This document shows, one piece after another, positions 36,597-46,538 of a DNA stretch of 64,000 nucleotides. Under the pieces are notes generated by a model. It was not told the DNA's origin, searched no databases, and saw nothing but the letters and a program-made list of their open reading frames with translations. The stretch lies in the NCBI GenBank assembly GCA_041652575.1, contig JBAZHC010000003.1, positions 143,052 to 207,051 of the forward strand. Direction: 5' to 3'. Each line of letters begins with the position of its first letter. Positions within the stretch are counted from its first letter, which is position 1. A program made the position numbers and the translations under genes. The stretch is from Phycisphaerae bacterium. GTDB taxonomy: Bacteria; Planctomycetota; Phycisphaerae; Sedimentisphaerales; UBA12454.

Positions 36597-37012
36597 CCGA
36601 AGAAAATAATATCGCAAAAAGCTACCGTTCCAAAAAGATAACGATATTTTTCCTGTGGGGTCTTGTAATCCTCGTATCAGGCATAATTATCGGGGCCGGC
36701 GCAACTGTTCTGATGGTGAAACAGCGAATTATATGGATAAACAAACCAAGCAAAGATGCAAACGAAATTACCCAAATGATAAGCGAAAAATACGGCCTCA
36801 GCGAGCAACAGACACAACAGGTACAACAAGTCTTCGACAAGGCTTTTCAGAAAAGAAAACAGTACGTTCAGGAACAAGACCAAAGACGCGAGACCGATAC
36901 TCAAACAATGATAACGGAAATGAACTCAATCCTGACACCGGAGCAGTTTGAAAAATGGAACAAAGATTTCCAGATTATGCAGGAAAAATTCAAAAAACGA
37001 TTCAAAAAATAA
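36590..37012 (+). CDS. Membrane-anchored Spy/CpxP-like periplasmic protein (LTxxQ-type motifs)
   Basis: The ATG overlaps the previous stop (ATGGTAA). It has an N-terminal TM anchor, LSEQQ and LTPEQ motifs, and charged helices. Confidence 0.55.
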   Translation: MVTEENNIAKSYRSKKITIFFLWGLVILVSGIIIGAGATVLMVKQRIIWINKPSKDANEITQMISEKYGLSEQQTQQVQQVFDKAFQKRKQYVQEQDQRRETDTQTMITEMNSILTPEQFEKWNKDFQIMQEKFKKRFKK

Positions 37013-37174
37013 GGTATATATTTTTAACTTGTTTAAATTGTTATACTTATAAACAAAACCCATAAGCAAGCAAAAATAGCCAAATTTTCTATGTTACCTA
37101 ACCTATCTCCTTATACACCAATATAATGTAGTCGAAAGTATAGATAGGGAATACTGTATAGTTTTGATGAAAAC

Positions 37175-39082
37175 ATGAAAAATATTTCACATAACATATT
37201 TAAAAATAAGAAGTTAGACGTAAAAGCTTTTCTCGCGGCCGGTCTAATTGCTCTTATTACATCACAAATCGGATGCAGCCCTGCCAAGTATCGCAGTGAT
37301 ATGGACAAAACCGCTGGGAAGATTATCACCGAAAAACAGCTCGAGGCGACGGGAAAAACAAGCCAATTCAGTATCGAAAGGCCAAGCGATATCCTCCGCA
37401 GAAGACTGCTTAAAGACCAGAAATTACCAACTTCGAGCAAGGCTTCTTTCGGAACGGATGCCCTGCAAAAGATAGAACACTGGCCGGAGAAAGATTATCC
37501 TGTCGCAACTAATGGCGGCAATGTCGCTGAGGTAAATGACGTTAACAATTCAATCACTATCTCGCTTTTGCAGGCATTACAAATCGGCGCCTATAACAGT
37601 TTCGATTATCAAACCCAGAAAGAGAAAGTCTTTCAGTCGGCTCTGTCTCTCGAACTGGAACGGTATGCTTTCAGAAATACATTTATCGCGCAAGTGCAAA
37701 ATCTGCTCAGTACCGATACGACCGGAAACAGAACCGTCAGCGGAACAATCACAAGCGGCAATGTCGGGGTCAGCAGGAAATTCGAATCCGGAGCGGAAGT
37801 AAGTTCGGCACTTGCAATCGACCTTGCAAACCTGCTGACACTTGGCGGAGCTTCATCGGTCGGAATCGCAGGCGAAGGCAGCATCTCGATACCGTTGTTA
37901 AGAGGGTCGGGAAGACATATAGTCAGGGAGCCGCTGACACAAGCGGAAAGAAATACGATTTATTCGATATGGAACTTCGAAAGATATAAAGAAGAATTCG
38001 CGGTAAATATCGCAAGCAAATATCTTGCGGTTCTTCAGCAGTTAGATTCGATTAAAAACAGCGAAGCGGATTATCGCAGCAGGATAGCGTCAGCGAAACG
38101 AAGCAGAAGCCTGGCAGACGCGGGAAGAATTCAGGAAATCGAAGTTGACCAGGCAGTTCAGAACGAATTAAGTTCGCGTCAAAGATGGATTACCGCAACG
38201 CAATCATATAAAAGACAGCTCGATTCATTTAAGGTTTTCCTCGGATTGCCGCCGGATGCCGCCATAGAACTTGACCCGAATGAACTTAAGGTACTGGCAT
38301 CATCGATGGAACAGATTATCCGCCGAATGAACGTACAGGAAGCAAATCTGCCCGACAGCAATCAGGTATTAATAAACGAACTTGTCGAAGTGCTCGAGCC
38401 TGATTATAAAAACGCGGGGCCATACGAAATGGAAGAAGCAACTGCGATGAAACTGGCCTTCGATAACAGGTACGACCTGAAATCAGCAGACGGTGCAGTT
38501 TACGATTCCCAAAGAGCCGTTATAGTGGCAGCAGATGCTTTGGGGGCGGAACTGACTTTTCTCGGTTCAGCCGATATCGGCTCAAGAAGGAACCGTATTG
38601 CGGATACAACTGCCGATAACAGCAGATTTGTAGCGAACAGAGGAGTGTTTTCGACGCTGCTGACACTTGACCTGCCGCTTGATAGAACGACAGAAAGCAT
38701 CGACTATCGAAACAGTCTTATCGGCCTCGAACAGTCTGTCCGAAATATACAGGCAACGGAAGATACGATAAAAACAGAAGTCAGAAACGCACTTCGCGAT
38801 TTGCTCGAAGCGCGAGAAAATATGCACATACAGGCGAAAGCCGTAAGTGTCGCTGAAAAACGAGTTAAAAGCGTCAATATGTTCCTTGACGCCGGCAGAG
38901 CCCAGATACGCGACCTTCTCGAAGCACAGGATTCTCTTCTGGCGGCACAGAACTCGCTGACTGCTGCGGTCGTTAATTACCGGACAGCGGAACTTGCAAT
39001 TCAGCGGGACACAGGCGTATTGGAAGTAGATGAAAAAGGGTTATGGAAAGAATATCAGCCCGGAGGAAACCAAAATGACTAA
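37175..39082 (+). CDS. Outer-membrane efflux protein, TolC family
   Basis: Lipoprotein-like signal (LITSQIGCSP) and duplicated OEP coiled-coil/beta-barrel halves (AQDSLLAAQNSLTAAVVNYRTAELAIQRDTG). Confidence 0.8.
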   Translation: MKNISHNIFKNKKLDVKAFLAAGLIALITSQIGCSPAKYRSDMDKTAGKIITEKQLEATGKTSQFSIERPSDILRRRLLKDQKLPTSSKASFGTDALQKIEHWPEKDYPVATNGGNVAEVNDVNNSITISLLQALQIGAYNSFDYQTQKEKVFQSALSLELERYAFRNTFIAQVQNLLSTDTTGNRTVSGTITSGNVGVSRKFESGAEVSSALAIDLANLLTLGGASSVGIAGEGSISIPLLRGSGRHIVREPLTQAERNTIYSIWNFERYKEEFAVNIASKYLAVLQQLDSIKNSEADYRSRIASAKRSRSLADAGRIQEIEVDQAVQNELSSRQRWITATQSYKRQLDSFKVFLGLPPDAAIELDPNELKVLASSMEQIIRRMNVQEANLPDSNQVLINELVEVLEPDYKNAGPYEMEEATAMKLAFDNRYDLKSADGAVYDSQRAVIVAADALGAELTFLGSADIGSRRNRIADTTADNSRFVANRGVFSTLLTLDLPLDRTTESIDYRNSLIGLEQSVRNIQATEDTIKTEVRNALRDLLEARENMHIQAKAVSVAEKRVKSVNMFLDAGRAQIRDLLEAQDSLLAAQNSLTAAVVNYRTAELAIQRDTGVLEVDEKGLWKEYQPGGNQND

Positions 39083-40856
39083 AAATAAAATATATCTCAT
39101 CGGTATCGCGGCCATTGTTTTAATAGTCGTTCTGCTATCGGCATCATTTTTAACAGGCAAAGATGCTTCCGAACAGGCCGGCCCAACATACAAGGTCCAG
39201 CACGGCCCTTTGACCATTAGTTTTGTCGAGTCCGGTACTATCAAGGCAAGAGACCAGATAATACTTAAAAACGAAGTCGAGGGCAGAACATCCATAACTT
39301 ATGTTATACCCGAAGGTGAGCGAGTTAAAAAAGGCGATTTGCTTATCGAACTCGACGTAAGCAGCCTTGAAGACGAAAAAATCGACAGGGAAATCGCAGT
39401 TCAAAACGCCGAAGCTGCATATATAAGCGCAAAAGAAAACCTGGCGGTTGTCGAGAACCAGGCAAAAAGCGATGTGGATCTGGCAACACTTACGCTTGAA
39501 TTCGCCAAACAGGACCTGGAGAAATACGTAAAAGGTGAATATCTTTCAGAACTTCTGAAAGCGAATACCGACATCACACTTGCCGAAGAAGAATTAACCA
39601 AGGCACAGGATTATCTTAACTGGTCTGAAAAGCTTTATGACGCAAACTATATTCCCGAAACGGAATTAAGCGGCGACAAACTCACAAAGAAGAAATGCGA
39701 ACTAAATGTTGAAATCGCAAGAAACAGTAAAGAGCTGCTTACCGATTACACCTATAAACGAAATCTTGCAAAACTTCAAAGCGATGTCAATCAGGCCGAT
39801 ATGGCTATGGAACGCACCGAACGCAAGGCCAACGCTGACGTAATACAGGCAAAAGCCGAACTGAAGGCAAAAGAAGCGGAATATGGGCGGCAGAAAGACA
39901 AACTCGTAAAAGTCGAAGACCAAATAAAAAAGACAAAAATTTATGCGCCTGAAGACGGATTGGTTATTTACGCGACAAGCGCAAAAAATACCGGCTGGCA
40001 CAATGCAAGCGAGCCTCTTGATGTCGGTAGAGAAGTCCAGGAAAGAGAAGAGTTGATTTACCTTCCGACGGGAAACGCATCGAATGCCGAAGTTATGATT
40101 CACGAGTTCAATCTTAAGAAAACCATGAAAGAACTGCCGGTTATTATTACGGTAGACGCACTACAGGGAAAGACCTTCTACGGGACAATAAAATCCATCG
40201 CGCCGCTGCCGGATGCCAGAAGTATGTTTATGAACCCGGATTTAAAACTTTACAATACGGTAATCTATGTAGAGGGCGAAGACCCGGCACTGAAAACAGG
40301 AATGAGCTGCCAGGCGGAAATAATCGTTAAACAATACGAAGACGCTTTTTATATTCCTCTCCAGGCAGTCACAAAAATCGGGGCCGATTACACGGTTTAC
40401 GTAAAGAACGGCAAAAAATTCGAGCCAAAACAGGTAAAAATCGGACTTGATAACAACAAGGTTATTCACATCCTCGACGGACTTAAAGCAGGCGAAACAA
40501 TCCTGCTGAATCCGCCATTGAAATCGACTTCGGGAGTATCGCAGAGCCGCAGCGTATCTGAACAAAACGGCGATGGAAATATCGATGGTATTCAGGGAAA
40601 AATATCACAAGGACTGAAAAACGCTGAAAACAATCAAAGTTCGCAGGAGCCAAATCAACCGGCAAACAGCGAAACGGCAAATATAGAGCAAATGAAAAGA
40701 CAGTTCGAGAATATGACCCCGGAAAAGCTCGAAGAAATGAAGAAAAAATTCGAGAATATGTCACCCGAAGAAAAAGAAAAGGCAATGCAGCAAATGCGGG
40801 GAGGCGGCAAAACATCAGGTTCCAGAAGACGGAACAGAAGCGAAGAAAGTCAATAA
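39075..40856 (+). CDS. Periplasmic adaptor (membrane fusion protein), HlyD/MacA family, with a low-complexity charged C-terminal tail
   Basis: GGAGG RBS. The ATG at 39075 overlaps the TolC stop (ATGACTAA). It has a TM anchor, a lipoyl motif (VKKGDLLIELD), a long coiled coil and a beta-barrel domain. Confidence 0.85.
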   Translation: MTKNKIYLIGIAAIVLIVVLLSASFLTGKDASEQAGPTYKVQHGPLTISFVESGTIKARDQIILKNEVEGRTSITYVIPEGERVKKGDLLIELDVSSLEDEKIDREIAVQNAEAAYISAKENLAVVENQAKSDVDLATLTLEFAKQDLEKYVKGEYLSELLKANTDITLAEEELTKAQDYLNWSEKLYDANYIPETELSGDKLTKKKCELNVEIARNSKELLTDYTYKRNLAKLQSDVNQADMAMERTERKANADVIQAKAELKAKEAEYGRQKDKLVKVEDQIKKTKIYAPEDGLVIYATSAKNTGWHNASEPLDVGREVQEREELIYLPTGNASNAEVMIHEFNLKKTMKELPVIITVDALQGKTFYGTIKSIAPLPDARSMFMNPDLKLYNTVIYVEGEDPALKTGMSCQAEIIVKQYEDAFYIPLQAVTKIGADYTVYVKNGKKFEPKQVKIGLDNNKVIHILDGLKAGETILLNPPLKSTSGVSQSRSVSEQNGDGNIDGIQGKISQGLKNAENNQSSQEPNQPANSETANIEQMKRQFENMTPEKLEEMKKKFENMSPEEKEKAMQQMRGGGKTSGSRRRNRSEESQ

Positions 40857-40858
40857 CG

Positions 40859-41536
40859 ATGGATATAGTAAGATTCAGCAATATCCACAAAATATATGAA
40901 ATGGGCGCTGAGCCGGTAAGGGCACTCGACGGTGTAAGTGTGGCATTTCAGAAAGGAAGTTTCTGGGCAATTATGGGGCCCAGCGGTTCAGGAAAAAGTA
41001 CAATGATGAATATACTCGGATGCCTCGACCGCCCTACTTCGGGACAGTATTTTCTTGAAAACAAAGACATAAGCACACTTAACGATGACGAATTAAGCGA
41101 TATCAGACTTAAATATATAGGTTTTGTTTTTCAAAGTTTTAACCTGATTCCACAACTGACAGTTCAGAAAAATATTGAACTGCCTCTTTACTATCTAGGA
41201 TGGGAAGCGGAAAAAAGCGCAGAAAAAGCAAAAGAACTTGCGGCAAAAGTCGGGCTTGAAACAAGGCTCAATCATCGGCCTTCGGAATTGTCCGGCGGAC
41301 AGATGCAGAGAGTAGCCGTTGCCCGTTCTTTGGCGGCAGACCCGCATATTATTCTCGCCGATGAACCGACAGGCAACCTTGACAGTCATACCGGCGACCA
41401 GATTATGGAACTTCTCACCAACCTTAATAAAGAAGGAACAACTATAATTATGGTAACACATGAGCCTGATATCGCGGCACATGCGCATAACAGATTACAT
41501 ATGAAAGACGGTTTGATAGAAAGAATCGATAACTAA
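40859..41536 (+). CDS. ABC transporter ATP-binding protein (MacB/LolD-type)
   Basis: Walker [10 protein letters not shown], signature [15 protein letters not shown] and Walker [12 protein letters not shown]. Confidence 0.93.
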   Translation: MDIVRFSNIHKIYEMGAEPVRALDGVSVAFQKGSFWAIMGPSGSGKSTMMNILGCLDRPTSGQYFLENKDISTLNDDELSDIRLKYIGFVFQSFNLIPQLTVQKNIELPLYYLGWEAEKSAEKAKELAAKVGLETRLNHRPSELSGGQMQRVAVARSLAADPHIILADEPTGNLDSHTGDQIMELLTNLNKEGTTIIMVTHEPDIAAHAHNRLHMKDGLIERIDN

Positions 41537-42810
41537 TGCCTTTGCATCAATCAAAATTCGCCAGAAATATATGGCTCGGCATTGAAAACCTGCTGCTGCA
41601 TAAACTCCGCTCGTTTTTGACGATGCTCGGCGTTGTGTTCGGCGTCGGAAGCGTTGTAGCAATGCTTGCGGTCGGAGAGGGAGCAAGCAAGGAAGCATTG
41701 CAGCGGATTCAAAAACTCGGTAGTACCAATATAATCATAAACTCAATAAAAGCAATCGAAGACCAGTCTTCAAGCGCACAGCAATCGAGAATGAGTATGT
41801 ACGGCCTGACATATATGGACTACCAGCGAATCAGAGAGAGTTTCCCGAATGTACAGCAGGTATCTCCGGCAAAATTGATACGCAAGGATTCGCGGGTCGG
41901 TTCAAATACACTGGAACTCAGAATAGTCGGCACTACGGAGCAATGGTTCGACCTGGTGCCGCGAGAAATTCTCGCAGGCAGAGTTTTCGAGAAAAAAGAT
42001 GTAGACGATTTTTCAGCGGTAGCTGTACTGACAGAGTTCGGGGCGAGAAAATTACTGGCAACGAAAAACACCATCGGGCAATCCATTAAAATAGGCGGAG
42101 ATTCGTTCGAAGTGGTCGGAATAATTAAAACCGAATCCGGCCAGGCCGGCAATATCCAGATACCCGACCAGCAGGTAGATGCCTATATCCCTTTGAGCAC
42201 TGTACGCAAATACTACGGTGATTTATTTTTTCAAAGATCATCGGGCAGCAGAAGTCTGGAACTGGTCGAACTGCACCAGATTATCGTACAGGTTAACAGC
42301 ACGGAAAATGTAGAATCTACTGCGGCAGGAATCGAACGAATGCTGCAGAACCTCCATAAGAAAAAAGATTATACCATAAGCGTACCCCTGGCTCTATTAA
42401 AAGAGGCAGAGGCGACTAAACAAAGATTTAATATCGTGCTCGGTTCAATCGCAAGCATAAGTCTGCTTGTCGGCGGCATCGGCATTATGAATATTATGCT
42501 CGCTTCGGTTACGGAAAGAACTCGTGAAATCGGAATTCGGCGAGCTATAGGAGCCAAAAGACGGCAAATTATCATTCAATTTCTTATCGAGACCGTTGTG
42601 CTTTCAACTATCGGAGGAATTGTAGGGCTTATTATGGGAATTATCATTCCTGTTATCATTACTTACTTTGCCGGAATGCCTACCGTTATAACACTTCAAA
42701 GCATTCTCCTGCCGCTTTTTATCAGCGTCGGAATAGGCATAGTTTTCGGCTTATACCCGGCGATAAACGCGGCAAGAGTCGACCCTATCATCGCACTCAG
42801 ACACGAGTAA
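41536..42810 (+). CDS. ABC transporter permease, FtsX/MacB-type with a periplasmic domain
   Basis: MacB_PCD-like periplasmic region between TM1 and TM2, and a C-terminal FtsX domain (SVTERTREIGIRRAIGAKRRQI). Confidence 0.9.
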   Translation: MPLHQSKFARNIWLGIENLLLHKLRSFLTMLGVVFGVGSVVAMLAVGEGASKEALQRIQKLGSTNIIINSIKAIEDQSSSAQQSRMSMYGLTYMDYQRIRESFPNVQQVSPAKLIRKDSRVGSNTLELRIVGTTEQWFDLVPREILAGRVFEKKDVDDFSAVAVLTEFGARKLLATKNTIGQSIKIGGDSFEVVGIIKTESGQAGNIQIPDQQVDAYIPLSTVRKYYGDLFFQRSSGSRSLELVELHQIIVQVNSTENVESTAAGIERMLQNLHKKKDYTISVPLALLKEAEATKQRFNIVLGSIASISLLVGGIGIMNIMLASVTERTREIGIRRAIGAKRRQIIIQFLIETVVLSTIGGIVGLIMGIIIPVIITYFAGMPTVITLQSILLPLFISVGIGIVFGLYPAINAARVDPIIALRHE

Positions 42811-42850
42811 TCATTGTCTTGCGGCAATAATTGTGTTATACTAATCCGAA

Positions 42851-44548
42851 ATGGCTATCAAGGATGAAAAACTGTTTGGAACACTGCTGATACCGGTAAA
42901 GAAAGTTACCTTTCAAAAAGGTTCTCTTCAACTGACCGATTCGTCTGTATTGAAAATGTATCAGGATGAATCAATCAAAAACTCCCAAGGCTATAAAATG
43001 GAAATTCAGCCTGATGGTATTGAAATTTATTCTTCAACAGAGGCGGGGGCATATTACGCAATCCAAACCTTAAAAGACCTCGCGGCAATTTACGAAAACA
43101 AACTGCCCTGCTGTCTGATAGAGGATTGGCCCGACTTTAAAAGACGAGGCGTTTATCTGGACTGTTCGAGAGGGAAAGTGCCGAAATTAAGCACTTTAAA
43201 AGATTTAGTCGTGCGTCTGGCACATTGGAAAATAAACGAATTACAGCTCTACATCGAAAATGTCTTCATCTTTAAAAAACATCCCGATATCGGCAAAGGT
43301 GACAGCCCCTTTACAGCAAACGAAATCCTTAAGCTTCAGGACTTCTGCAAATTACATCACGTCAGGCTCACTGGCTCACTGGCAAGTTTCGGTCATCTGG
43401 AAAAAATACTCGCCCTGCCTAAATATCAGCATCTGGGCGAACTTCCGGGCTATCGCGGCCTGCCGGGCGGTACAACACTTTGCCCTATCGATACCGGCTC
43501 AATCAAACTTATCAGCGAACTTTACAGCGAATTTATTCCTCTCTTTGAGGCGGAGGATTTCAACGTCTGCTGCGATGAGACATGGGAACTTGGCGAAGGA
43601 AGAAGCAAAAAACTTGCCGGAAAAATCGGTAAAGGCCGAGTCTATCTCGATTTTCTGCTGAAAATTTACCGCCTTTGCAAAAAGCATAATAAACGAATGA
43701 ATATCTGGGCGGATATTGTTTTAAAATATCCTGAACTATTAAGTAAATTACCGAAAGACATTGTTCTGCTCAACTGGGAATACGAACAGAACGGCAAAAA
43801 TATATACAGGACAAAAGAATTGGCAAAAGCCGGTCTGCCGTTTATGGTTTGTCCTGGCACGAGCGGCTGGCTGACGCACGGCTCACGAATCCCGAATGCT
43901 ATGGCCAACATAGCCAATTTCGCCGAGCAGGGACGAAAATTCGGCGCCGAAGGAATGCTTAATACCGACTGGGGCGATAACGGACACAGAAATTTTCTCG
44001 GAGTGAGCCTGCACGGCTTCGCTCACGGTGCGGCACAAAGCTGGAACGGCAAAAAAGTAGATAACAATAAATTTACTGAAAACTTCTGCCGATATTTTTT
44101 CAAACAGAAAGATAACAAACTTGCCGGCATAATAAAAAAGCTGGGGAATAATTATAAAACCTGCGGGACCAATGTCCCGAATAGAAGCTGGCTGTATTTC
44201 GCTCTTGTTGAACCTGTAAAAAATATTAAGTCTGACAGTTATATAAACCAGATGAACGAAAAAGGACTAAAAAAAATAATTGAACAGTTTTCAAATGAGT
44301 CTATCTGGTCGAAATTGCCGAGACAAACCGGAAATTTCGAAAAAACTGCCTATGAGGAATTGAAACTTGCCGCAAGAATGGACTGTCTGGCGGCCAAACG
44401 CGTCCTGGCGATAAGAGGCGTGAAATCCGGCTTCTCGAAAAAAGATATGCAGAAAATGACAAAGGATTTTAAGAGATTATGGCTGGCTCGAAATAAACTT
44501 TCGAGATTAAATGATAATTTAAAATTATTTAAGGCAATATGCGAATAA
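42851..44548 (+). CDS. Glycoside hydrolase family 20-like beta-N-acetylhexosaminidase
   Basis: IEDWPDFKRRGVYLDCSRG...HWKINELQLY, and a catalytic-pair context NVCCDETWELG that is equivalent to the GGDE motif. Confidence 0.75.
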   Translation: MAIKDEKLFGTLLIPVKKVTFQKGSLQLTDSSVLKMYQDESIKNSQGYKMEIQPDGIEIYSSTEAGAYYAIQTLKDLAAIYENKLPCCLIEDWPDFKRRGVYLDCSRGKVPKLSTLKDLVVRLAHWKINELQLYIENVFIFKKHPDIGKGDSPFTANEILKLQDFCKLHHVRLTGSLASFGHLEKILALPKYQHLGELPGYRGLPGGTTLCPIDTGSIKLISELYSEFIPLFEAEDFNVCCDETWELGEGRSKKLAGKIGKGRVYLDFLLKIYRLCKKHNKRMNIWADIVLKYPELLSKLPKDIVLLNWEYEQNGKNIYRTKELAKAGLPFMVCPGTSGWLTHGSRIPNAMANIANFAEQGRKFGAEGMLNTDWGDNGHRNFLGVSLHGFAHGAAQSWNGKKVDNNKFTENFCRYFFKQKDNKLAGIIKKLGNNYKTCGTNVPNRSWLYFALVEPVKNIKSDSYINQMNEKGLKKIIEQFSNESIWSKLPRQTGNFEKTAYEELKLAARMDCLAAKRVLAIRGVKSGFSKKDMQKMTKDFKRLWLARNKLSRLNDNLKLFKAICE

Positions 44549-45642
44549 TCGGTCTTATGTCAGGTACGAGCGCTGATGGCGTCGATGCGGCAGTTATCGA
44601 TATTAAAAATAACAAAGTCGATTTGCTGGCGTTCGATACCTTTGTTTATTCGCCAACTCTGCGAAAAGATATTCTCGAAATGGGCGAACAGAAAATCTGC
44701 CGGCCTGCGGATATATCAAGTTTGAATTTTCTGCTCGGCGAAGTTTTTGTTGATGCCGTGATAAAGCTGTGCCGGAAAAATAAAATAAATTTAAAAACCA
44801 TTGACCTTATCGGCTCACACGGCCAAACTATTTATCACAATCCCGAGGGCAAAATTCATTCAACTTTGCAGATTGGAGAACCATCTGTAATAGCCTATAA
44901 AACCGGGAAAACAGTGGTAGCTGACTTTAGACCAAAAGATATTGCCGCGGGCGGACAAGGAGCCCCTTTAGTGCCTTTTGCCGATTATTTTCTGTTTAAA
45001 AGCAGAAAAAATCGCGCGATTCAGAATATTGGCGGCATCGCAAATGTAACTTTCCTGCCTGCAAACTGTAAACCGCGGCAGATTATCGCTTTCGATACCG
45101 GGCCGGGGAATATGATAATAGACAGGCTCGTATTTCTTTTAACCAAAGGCAGACAAAATTTCGATAAAGACGGTAAAATCGCCGCCAAAGGCAAAAATAA
45201 TACAAAATTTTTAAATCAAATGCTTAAAAATCCATATTTCCGCAGGAAGCCGCCAAAATCAACCGGCAGAGAATTGTTCGGCAGAGAATATACCGATGCG
45301 TTTTACAGAAAACTGCCGAACGAGGATATAATAACAACGGCAACGGCATTTACAGCTATAAGCATCGCGGCGGCTTATAAGAAATTTCTGCCGAAGATGC
45401 CTGAAGAGATAATACTTTGCGGAGGCGGCGCAAGAAATAAGACATTAGTTAATATGCTGCGACAGAGCATAAACAGTAAAATATTATTTACAGATGATTT
45501 CGGCATAAACAGCGACGCAAAAGAGGCTGTCTCGTTTGCCATACTGGCTTATGCGACGATTAAAGGAATCGCAAATAATATCCCCGGCGCAACGGGAGCA
45601 AAACAATCAGTGGTTTTAGGAAAGATAATACCAGCAAAATGA
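44539..45642 (+). CDS. anmK: Anhydro-N-acetylmuramic acid kinase
   Basis: MRIIGLMSGTSADGVDAA..., NIGGIANVT and FDTGPGNMIID. It overlaps the GH20 stop. Confidence 0.92.
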   Translation: MRIIGLMSGTSADGVDAAVIDIKNNKVDLLAFDTFVYSPTLRKDILEMGEQKICRPADISSLNFLLGEVFVDAVIKLCRKNKINLKTIDLIGSHGQTIYHNPEGKIHSTLQIGEPSVIAYKTGKTVVADFRPKDIAAGGQGAPLVPFADYFLFKSRKNRAIQNIGGIANVTFLPANCKPRQIIAFDTGPGNMIIDRLVFLLTKGRQNFDKDGKIAAKGKNNTKFLNQMLKNPYFRRKPPKSTGRELFGREYTDAFYRKLPNEDIITTATAFTAISIAAAYKKFLPKMPEEIILCGGGARNKTLVNMLRQSINSKILFTDDFGINSDAKEAVSFAILAYATIKGIANNIPGATGAKQSVVLGKIIPAK

Positions 45643-46538
45643 AAAAACAAAGATTACTTCCAATGACCGAAAAACGTAACCGCAAAAGCGAAAATATCGA
45701 TATATTATCGACTCTGCAAATTGTCAAACTTATAAATTCCGAAGATATGCTTATCGCACCGGCAGTTGGCAAGGAGAGTAAAAAAATTGCCGTGGCAGTC
45801 GATATGATAGTTGAACGTTTCAAAAGAAACGGCAGGCTGTTTTATGTCGGGGCAGGCACAAGCGGCAGACTGGGCGTACTGGACGCCTCGGAATGTCCGC
45901 CTACGTTCGGAGTAAGCCCGCTGCTGGTTCAGGGAATTATCGCAGGCGGCAAACGGGCACTGGTAAAAGCCGTCGAAGGCGCTGAAGACAAAATCAACGA
46001 TGGAATAAAAGCCATAAAAAAACATAGAATTTCCTCAAAAGATGTAGTTGTCGGCATCGCGGCCTGCGGATTGACGCCTTTTGTTCGAGCGGCGTTAAAA
46101 GAAGCAAAGAAAAAAGGAGCAGGAACTATTTTTGTTACCTGTGCGCCGGAGGCTGTGAAAGATATTCCTGCCCAAATAGTTATAAATCCTGTTGTCGGGC
46201 CGGAAGTCGTTACAGGCTCAACACGAATGAAAGCCGGTACCGCGACAAAACTTGTGCTTAATCTTCTCACAACGGGCGCTATGATAAAAATGGGCAAGGT
46301 GTACGGCAATTTGATGGTTGACCTGAAAGCGACAAATAATAAATTAAAAGATAGGTCGGTAAGAATTGTCTCGGAAATGACGGAACTTTCAAAATCAGGT
46401 TCTGCCAAGCTTATCAAAAAGGCAAACGGAAAAGTAAAAACAGCTATTGTAATGCACTTTTGCAATGTCGATTCAAAACAGGCTGAGGATATTCTCGACA
46501 AATGTGGGCAATCTTTGCGAAAGGCCATAGGTAAATGA
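45639..46538 (+). CDS. murQ: N-acetylmuramic acid 6-phosphate etherase
   Basis: SIS domain: RLFYVGAGTSGRLGVLDASECPPTFG and VTGSTRMKAGTATKLVLN. The start overlaps the anmK stop (ATGA). Confidence 0.92.
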   Translation: MKKQRLLPMTEKRNRKSENIDILSTLQIVKLINSEDMLIAPAVGKESKKIAVAVDMIVERFKRNGRLFYVGAGTSGRLGVLDASECPPTFGVSPLLVQGIIAGGKRALVKAVEGAEDKINDGIKAIKKHRISSKDVVVGIAACGLTPFVRAALKEAKKKGAGTIFVTCAPEAVKDIPAQIVINPVVGPEVVTGSTRMKAGTATKLVLNLLTTGAMIKMGKVYGNLMVDLKATNNKLKDRSVRIVSEMTELSKSGSAKLIKKANGKVKTAIVMHFCNVDSKQAEDILDKCGQSLRKAIGK

